Source of the DNA: a virus
Virus record (IMG/VR): IMGVR_UViG_3300022745_000002
Span: 1-62,304 of that record
DNA: 62,304 bases
Reading direction: 5' to 3' (one strand)
A model generated the notes under the pieces. It was not told the DNA's origin. It saw only the letters and a program-made list of their open reading frames with translations, and ran no database searches. This document shows positions 56,801 through 62,304 of this stretch, one piece after another; positions within the stretch are counted from its first letter, which is position 1; the number at the start of each line of letters is the position of its first letter. The position numbers and the translations under genes were made by a program.

Positions 56801-58630
56801 AACAAGCTGCTCAGCAAGACGTGGTTCGCGCATCTCAAGGAGATGTACGGCGGCGACGCCTACAAGGCCTCGGCCGCGTACAACGCGGGCTCGGACGCGG
56901 TCAACAAGGCGTTGCAGACGGCGCAGGCGCGCGGCGGCAATTACTGGGACTATCTCCCGGCCGAAACGCAGAACCATCTCTACGCGATCTCGGGCGGCCA
57001 GTACGGCAAGCAGTCACCGCGCCCGGGCGGCGGCACCATGACCGCCCTGAACGTGCCTGCGGCCACGTCCCCGGACGTTGCCGCTGCGGCGCCGTCCCCG
57101 GCTGGGCTCGCAGCGGCCGACATCACGCTGCCGCCCAAGGATCTCAAGAAGGGTGACTGGCTGGATCGCAACGAGCGTCCGATCGTCACCGGCCTCACCT
57201 TCCTCGGCAACATGCTCGGGTCGAAGAGCCACCAGTTGCTCGGCTCGATCGGCGAGGGCCTCGCGGCCGCCGCCCCGGCCTACGCCGCCATGGGCTTCAA
57301 GCAGCAGGAAGCTGGCCTGCAGCAGCAGGGCCAGAACATCCAGAGCCGCAGCCTCGATATCCAGCAGCGCGCCCAGTACATGACGCTGCTGACGCAGCTG
57401 CGCACCATGCAGAACGCCCGCACGGCACGCGGCGAGGCGCCCGACCCGCAGTTGGCCGCCCAGATCGCCCACCTCGCCCAGCTCGTCTCGGCGCCCAGCA
57501 ACGGCCCGAACGGCGGCCCGGTGCCCGCAGGGGCTCTCCCACCCGGCCCGCTGTCGGGTAACCCCGCAGCGCCTGCCGCCGCTGGAACGCCTCCCGCAGC
57601 CCTTCCGGCGGCCACTGGAGCGCCGTCCCCGGCCGCTGCGCCCTCGGGTGCCCCGGCGGCCGCGAACGCACCTGCAGCGCCGCAAATCGACCCGGGGCTG
57701 GCCTCCAAGCATCCGGTCTTGGCCGAATTGCCGTCACAGGTCGCCCAACCGGCGTTCCTGTCCAAGATCGCGGACGAAGAAAATCCGTTCGAGCTTTATC
57801 GTCGCGCCGATCGCATGGTCGATGACGGCGACCCCAACGGCGCCTACGCTAAAACGGTCGCTCGCGCCGATGCTGCTGCGCGCAACCTGAAGGAGCTGGG
57901 TTACGCGATCGATAAGAACGGCTCGCCGGTCATGGTACCCGGCTGGTCCGAGACGGCGCGTGCCAAGCAGATGATCGATGCCAACAATGGCTGGACCCAG
58001 AAAGAGGCCGCCGCGTCGACAGACCGCCAGCGCGCACGCCAGAGCCTCGACCTGATCAAGGAAGCGCTGGGCGCGTACCAGTCGAACGCCTTTGGCGAAA
58101 TGACGGCCGACGCCCAACGCTACATGAAGGCTCTCAATCTGCCGGTGCCCGAAGGCGGCAAGTGGAATGCCGATGCCGTGCAGGAGATCCTGAAGCAGAC
58201 GGCGGGCATGGCGTCGCGTGGCGACACCGATATGGCCCGCGCGCTGTCGCGCACGGCCAGCATCGACCCGACCAAGGAGCCCGAGGCCAACAAGAAGATC
58301 CTTGCGCAGGCCTATGCCGACCTCAACGCGAGCGACGCCAAGTTCAAGTACCTGCAGCCGCGCATCTCGGCGGTGCCGCAGCTCGACACGCCACAGGAAA
58401 TCCAGAAGTGGAACGAGGTCAACCCGATCGAGAAGTTCTACGGCGACGCCTACAAGGATCTCGCGATCCGTGGCGCGACGCCGCCTGCGGCTGCAATGAA
58501 GCCGGATCACACGTACATCATCGAACCGGGTGACGAAGCAAAATACAACATTCAAGGCCGCCTGCCGGGGCCGACCAAGTACAAGGTCGTGCAACGCGAC
58601 GGAGCTTATCGACTGGTCCCGGTGCAGTAA
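53894..58630 (+). CDS. Giant ejection protein: Gln/Gly-rich N-terminus, internal S74-type autoproteolytic chaperone domain, lytic transglycosylase domain
   Basis: FFSDERLKENIKTIGHTKDGLKIIRFNYK... with Ser424 at 55163. SLT-type HWTQESGQ...GAVGWGQLQ...ASAAYNAGSDAV around 56632-56920. Confidence 0.9.
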   Translation: MGGSKGGGTTTQSSTTTIPPEVLARYNAVNARAEAAASQPFTPYTGEFVAPVNQTQQGGIDTISGAAGSYQPYFNAATYNLNNGLAAAQPYYGLAGTQVASGYAGGTAGNSAATSALTGGLGAAQIGNMMAEENFKTAYNGAQPYNAGATGLALAGTQAVDPGALNIGQYMSPYTQSVINSTLALNDQKQAQERNALTSNAILTGSYGGDRGGVAKGVLTGQQDLARSNLVSGLYNQNYTQALGAAQQQQGVGLGAAQANRAALQSGASNLLGIGGQYFNQGMGFGSANQGLAGQYFNQGLGASQQFGNIGNTFYTQGLGAANANLGIGGQLFNQGNTLAGTNMALGTGLLGAQLQQGQAQLGAGTVAQQTAQAQDTAVYNQFLQQQGYPFQVAQFLANIAEGTGALSGSSTTGVTNAPQPFFSDERLKENIKTIGHTKDGLKIIRFNYKGSPHTQIGLSAQDVEKKRPEAVGLAGGFKTVDYDRATRALGGAVANDNAGMGYASGGMTYDPQTLSALLAAHGAMYPGAGGSRAMTGTPGANGVVPSSGGSSPRSLQAPALMKMPASQPSGLKQTVNDVNGVADLYKTGKSVYGAGKDAVGWASDQYDKLAHGSIDDQIAEWSKTPASSAVPADIAAPAPADNTLVDDAIGVVNRYRGGRAKRAAGGSMPYGAYDEIGIPDDVMDPQELRAKQAGLAGGAPGRDSHVGGGGGSGILGDVGGLYMLGKGASAGIGALSDAAIGAEAAGAGAAAATTAGMPVAEALAGGLIALKRGGRVGYDEGGVVDDLPPFEDVVPDNIIPFKPKNEGLGAAKFDVVPESHAPFDERKIAPVLDNDAKHALAEEHRAREGLAAAPAVATDHDVTAARTGALDTAVPERAAATPAAETGLVPPLPAPKPITSDAYHTPEKIEDRHWTQESGQRQFRPDGRPVTSSTGAVGWGQLQGAGPDAAKLVGVPWDPQRAATDEGYNKLLSKTWFAHLKEMYGGDAYKASAAYNAGSDAVNKALQTAQARGGNYWDYLPAETQNHLYAISGGQYGKQSPRPGGGTMTALNVPAATSPDVAAAAPSPAGLAAADITLPPKDLKKGDWLDRNERPIVTGLTFLGNMLGSKSHQLLGSIGEGLAAAAPAYAAMGFKQQEAGLQQQGQNIQSRSLDIQQRAQYMTLLTQLRTMQNARTARGEAPDPQLAAQIAHLAQLVSAPSNGPNGGPVPAGALPPGPLSGNPAAPAAAGTPPAALPAATGAPSPAAAPSGAPAAANAPAAPQIDPGLASKHPVLAELPSQVAQPAFLSKIADEENPFELYRRADRMVDDGDPNGAYAKTVARADAAARNLKELGYAIDKNGSPVMVPGWSETARAKQMIDANNGWTQKEAAASTDRQRARQSLDLIKEALGAYQSNAFGEMTADAQRYMKALNLPVPEGGKWNADAVQEILKQTAGMASRGDTDMARALSRTASIDPTKEPEANKKILAQAYADLNASDAKFKYLQPRISAVPQLDTPQEIQKWNEVNPIEKFYGDAYKDLAIRGATPPAAAMKPDHTYIIEPGDEAKYNIQGRLPGPTKYKVVQRDGAYRLVPVQ

Positions 58631-61600
58631 TGGCCGATCTTCCCGAAAGCGGCCCGCTGCCGATCGGCACGAACGCGCAGACCGAAGAACTGCCGATGTC
58701 CGGGCCACTGCCGATCGGCGAAAGCCCTGCACGGCCCGCGCCGCACCGTGGCACGAAGCTGCTCGACAATTCGAGCGATGACGACCCCGGCTATCTCTAC
58801 AAGAACCCGCTGACGGGTCTCGCCAAGGCGCCGACGCATATTCCCGGCTTTGCCGGTGACGCGCGCGAGCTCGGGCATTTCCTGAGCTCGAACGTGCTGT
58901 CGATACTGCCCGACGAGCGTCGCACGGCAGCGCAGATCCGCGAGGATCTCAACAAGAATACCGCGCTCGAGGCCGACCTCCTCAAGTCGACGCACGGTCC
59001 GACGGCGGGCGGGCGCCAGCTTGTCGGTCGCGCGCTGCAAATCGCGAACGAAGCGCCGACCGGTGAAGAGCTCTACAAGAAGCACGTCGCGCCTGTGATC
59101 GGCGAATATGAACCGACGACACTCCCCGGGCGCATGCTGCAGGCAGGCGCCGAAAGCGTGATTGGCCCGGGCGGCAAGCCCAAGCTCGTCACCATGGCGG
59201 CCAAGGAAGCGCCGCGCCTGCTGCCGCGTGTGCTTGGTGGCGCGCGCGAAGCCGCTACGTCGGCGCCCGCCGTCAACGCCACGATGGGCGCGACGGCGCA
59301 AGGTGTCGGCGAGCTGACTGGCAGCCCCGGCGCGGGCATCGTGACGTCTTTCGCCGTGCCGAAGATCCTGCACAAGACTTTCGGCCCGCGCGCCACGGCC
59401 GCCGATACCGCCGCCGACAAGCTGTATGGAAGTGCGCACGACCCTGATGAGGCGCTGAACCGGCTGCGCGAGCTTTCCAAGAAAGGCTATCGCGGCGAAG
59501 CAGGTTCGCCGCTGGATCTTCCCGAGGCGACCGGAGACCCGGTGCTGGCCAAGGTGTCGAAGGGACAGGCGGTCGCGAGCGACGACTTCAACGCGCGCGT
59601 CAACGACCTGCGCAACGAGCAGGCCCAGAACCGTGGCCGGGTGCTCGGCACACTGAGCAACGGCGACAGCGGTACCGTGAGCGCCACGGCGCGCCAGCTG
59701 CGCGACGAGATCCACGCCAAGGCCGACAACGACACGCAGCTGCAGCAGAATATCGTCGACACGCTGCACCCGCCCGAAGCCGCCGACAAGGCGACCACGG
59801 GCAAGAAGGCTTTCGACATCGCCAAGGCGAACGACAAGCGCGCGCAGGAAGCCGTGTCGCGGCTCTATGACAGCATCGACCCGGATGGAAAGATCCATGT
59901 CGATGCTTCGCCGCTTGGCGAAAAGGCGACCGAGCTGCTCAACAGCCAAGACCCGCAGGTGGTCATTCCCTTCCCGGCGGCCAACAAGGTGCTCGAGATG
60001 GCGCAAGCCATGCCGCCCACCATGAAGCTGGCCGACCTCACCAAGTTCGATCGCACGATCGGCGAGGCGCGCTGGGAAGCCCGGCAGGCCGGGAAGCACG
60101 ACGCCGCCGAGCTGCTGAAGAAGCTGCAGGATCATCTGGCCGATATTCGCGACGGTTCGATCGACCGGCACGCGGCATGGGAGGAAGGGGCCGTTCAGCG
60201 TGGAGAGCTCAAGCCGGAACAGACCATCAAGGCTGCCCTCGAACGACAACGAGACGAATGGCTTGCCAGTCGCAACGCCGCTACAGGCACTGCGGGAGGC
60301 GCTGCAGGAGCTGGGCCCGGGCGACCGGGCAGCGTTTCTCCTGCATCTGGAGCACCGGCCGGACCAGCGGGCGGACATCCTGCGGGCGGTGAAGGAGTAC
60401 CGGGAAACACACTCGATCCGAACGAATTGGCCGAAGCTGCCGAGCGGCTGAAGCTCGCCAAGCAAGGTCATAGCGACCGCAAGTCGCTGTTCGCCGAAGG
60501 CCCCGTCGGCAGCGTGCTCGAGGCCGACAACCCCCTGATGGGCAACGTGCCCGGCTCGGCGTTCCCCGCCGGGCCCGCTGGCGGCGAAAAGGCGCGCGCG
60601 TGGCTGAAGGCCGGTGTCGACAATCCGGCCATGCTCGACACGCTCAAGGAAATGGCGATCAACGAGCTGCACGAGATGACCGCCAAGGACGGCGTCGTCA
60701 CGCCGCGCGCGCTGCAGGCGTGGAAGAGCAAGTTCGGTTCGGCTCTCGGCGCGATCGACGAACGCGACCCGGGTTTCTCGTCGCGCTTCGACAGTCACGC
60801 GGCCGAACAGCAGAAGCTGCTCGACGTCGCGGCGCAGGGTGCGCAGGCCAAGGAGGAATTCAGCAAGTCGGCGGCAGCCAAGCTCCTGAATTTCGAGCAC
60901 CCGCAGGAAGTCGACGCGCACGTGGCCGGGCTGATGGGTAACGCCCAGCAGGGCCCGCAGAAGCTGCGCGCGTTGATGGAACAGTTCGCGGATCATCCCG
61001 AGGCGCAGGAAGGCATCCGCAACGCGGCAGTGCAGTGGCTGACCAAGAAGGCGCAATCGCGCGAGCTGCTCGCCGACGGCAAGGCTTCGGCACCGGGCAA
61101 CTATCTCGACGCAATCGAACGCTCGCAGCCACAGCTCGAGGCCGTGTTCGGCGTAGACGGCTATCAGGCCGCCCAGCAGGTCGCCGAAGAGATGGCGCGC
61201 ACCAAGCGCATGATCGACGCGCGCATCACGCGCGGCGGCTCGGACAGCGCCAACAACCTCATCAACTGGCTGAACGAAGCACCTGCGCGCAGCAGCGGCC
61301 ACGGGCTCAGCACAGCGGAAGGTATCGCCACGTGGGAGATGGTGTCGGAAGGCCTGCGCGGTGTTGCGCACATGGATCCGACGGCTCTCGCCAAAGCAGG
61401 CGCCATCTTCGCGGGCAAGTTTGGGCTGCATAAATGGTCCGAGATGCGCGCCCGCGCCAAGGGGCGCGGCGTGCAGGAAGCCGCTGACGCGATCCGCGAC
61501 GCGCTGATGGATCCCGAATACGGTCACGCGCTGCTGCAGCACGGCGCCGATCGGGCCGCTGCGCGCGCGCCGCGCACGTGGACCGAGCAACTCGGACGCG

Positions 61601-61836
61601 TCGCGATGGGCGCGGCGCAGAAGGGCGCAATCGCGGCCGAGGAGATCGACCGCCAGCCGCACGCCGCTGGCGGCGCGGTGAAGCTCGACCACGCAGGCAT
61701 CGCTGCCGGGCTGGTGCGTTCGGTGCCGAAGGTGCGCAGGCAGATCTCCGCGCAGACCGCACCGATGCTCAAGTTGTCCGACAACGTCATCACCAAGGCG
61801 CTCGCGATCGCCAATGAAGGCCTGAACCATGGTTAG
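58630..61836 (+). CDS. Large ejection / internal virion protein (1068 aa)
   Basis: TAATG overlap with the preceding gene. Position equivalent to T7-type internal core proteins. Confidence 0.8.
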   Translation: MADLPESGPLPIGTNAQTEELPMSGPLPIGESPARPAPHRGTKLLDNSSDDDPGYLYKNPLTGLAKAPTHIPGFAGDARELGHFLSSNVLSILPDERRTAAQIREDLNKNTALEADLLKSTHGPTAGGRQLVGRALQIANEAPTGEELYKKHVAPVIGEYEPTTLPGRMLQAGAESVIGPGGKPKLVTMAAKEAPRLLPRVLGGAREAATSAPAVNATMGATAQGVGELTGSPGAGIVTSFAVPKILHKTFGPRATAADTAADKLYGSAHDPDEALNRLRELSKKGYRGEAGSPLDLPEATGDPVLAKVSKGQAVASDDFNARVNDLRNEQAQNRGRVLGTLSNGDSGTVSATARQLRDEIHAKADNDTQLQQNIVDTLHPPEAADKATTGKKAFDIAKANDKRAQEAVSRLYDSIDPDGKIHVDASPLGEKATELLNSQDPQVVIPFPAANKVLEMAQAMPPTMKLADLTKFDRTIGEARWEARQAGKHDAAELLKKLQDHLADIRDGSIDRHAAWEEGAVQRGELKPEQTIKAALERQRDEWLASRNAATGTAGGAAGAGPGRPGSVSPASGAPAGPAGGHPAGGEGVPGNTLDPNELAEAAERLKLAKQGHSDRKSLFAEGPVGSVLEADNPLMGNVPGSAFPAGPAGGEKARAWLKAGVDNPAMLDTLKEMAINELHEMTAKDGVVTPRALQAWKSKFGSALGAIDERDPGFSSRFDSHAAEQQKLLDVAAQGAQAKEEFSKSAAAKLLNFEHPQEVDAHVAGLMGNAQQGPQKLRALMEQFADHPEAQEGIRNAAVQWLTKKAQSRELLADGKASAPGNYLDAIERSQPQLEAVFGVDGYQAAQQVAEEMARTKRMIDARITRGGSDSANNLINWLNEAPARSSGHGLSTAEGIATWEMVSEGLRGVAHMDPTALAKAGAIFAGKFGLHKWSEMRARAKGRGVQEAADAIRDALMDPEYGHALLQHGADRAAARAPRTWTEQLGRVAMGAAQKGAIAAEEIDRQPHAAGGAVKLDHAGIAAGLVRSVPKVRRQISAQTAPMLKLSDNVITKALAIANEGLNHG

Positions 61837-62304
61837 TACGTTCACTCCCAATAAGGGCCTCGAGCAGCCCGCGAACAACGACGACGTCGATACGTGGGAC
61901 GTCCCCGTCAACGCCAACATGACCGACGTCGACATCGCGCTTGGCGGCTCGACCCTGCTCAACGCCACTGCCCTTGCAGGCAATGTCGCGCTCACGCTCA
62001 CGCAGTACCGGCCGTTCGCGCTGCTGATCTCGGGCGCGCCGTCGGCGGCGGTCAACTATCAGGTACCGGCCGGTGTCGGCGGTTTCTGGTCCGTCTACAA
62101 CGGCACGACCGGCGGCAAGCAGATCTCCGTCGGATCCGCCGCAGGCGGTAGCGCGATCAACATCCCGGTCAATACGTCGGTGCTCATCACCTGCGACGGT
62201 TCGGCGAGCGGCATGCGCGTGGCCAACACGCCGGTCGCCGTCGCGGGCGGATCCAACACGCAAGTCCAGTACAACTCCTCTGGCATCCTCGCGGGTACGG
62301 CGGG
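61829..62304 (+). CDS. Tail fibre, 5' portion (continues at 128..1265 after removing the terminal overlap)
   Basis: ATG overlaps the stop of the 58630 gene. Begins MVSTFTPNKGLEQPANNDDVDTWDVPVNANMTDVD. No stop before the window end. In frame with 3..1265. Confidence 0.85.
   Translation, partial: MVSTFTPNKGLEQPANNDDVDTWDVPVNANMTDVDIALGGSTLLNATALAGNVALTLTQYRPFALLISGAPSAAVNYQVPAGVGGFWSVYNGTTGGKQISVGSAAGGSAINIPVNTSVLITCDGSASGMRVANTPVAVAGGSNTQVQYNSSGILAGTA
62178..62304. repeat. Terminal overlap, identical to 1-127
   Basis: Exact 127/127 match. Confidence 0.95.

Noticed and set aside
58606-62055. 1149-aa ORF on the minus strand, antisense to the 1068-aa ejection protein gene
   Set aside because: The product is extremely Arg/Ala/Gly-rich. 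It is the mirror frame of a well-supported plus-strand gene in GC-rich DNA, where stop codons are rare in antisense frames. No start context or operon logic supports it.
1-62304. Lysogeny module (integrase, CI-type repressor, attP) or a phage-encoded RNA polymerase
   Set aside because: No ORF shows tyrosine or serine recombinase motifs or a single-subunit RNA polymerase size or motifs. The tRNA region is a full gene with a promoter-like box rather than an attP-type 3' tRNA fragment beside an integrase.

Overview
The window is a complete phage genome. Bases 1-127 are identical to 62178-62304, so the contig closes on itself into about 62,177 bp. The sequence is GC-rich. I found no integrase, phage RNA polymerase or CI-type repressor, so it reads as a virulent podovirus-like phage. 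There are three blocks. (1) A leftward replication operon (7238 down to 1425) encodes an RHH regulator, a J-domain protein, a Cas4-like nuclease, family A DNA polymerase and two unknowns. (2) A rightward block (7431-23611) holds VRR-NUC, an SNF2 helicase, about 40 small early genes, a primase-helicase, a putative origin, a Cro-like HTH protein and a Mom-like DNA-modification gene. The early genes follow repeated promoter cassettes. (3) A rightward late block holds terS, a 3.4-kb insert with a tRNA-Met and HNH genes, terL, portal, cargo proteins, a GroES-like protein, scaffold, capsid, adaptors, a tail fibre and the lysis cassette. It continues with tail-tube-like genes, an ejection module with 1578-aa and 1068-aa proteins, and a second tail fibre that spans the circular junction. 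The most notable result is two HNH cassettes, each rebuilding the end of an essential gene with AT-richer foreign sequence and stranding the resident gene end as a duplicate remnant. A Mom-like cassette and a tRNA cassette are bounded by short direct repeats. Other signals are a shared regulatory word, a shared ribosome-binding leader, a 55-nt hairpin present three times, an initiator-like tRNA, two co-chaperone mimics, and a basic-x-GG motif across virion proteins. Functional calls rest on motifs recognised by eye. No searches were run.
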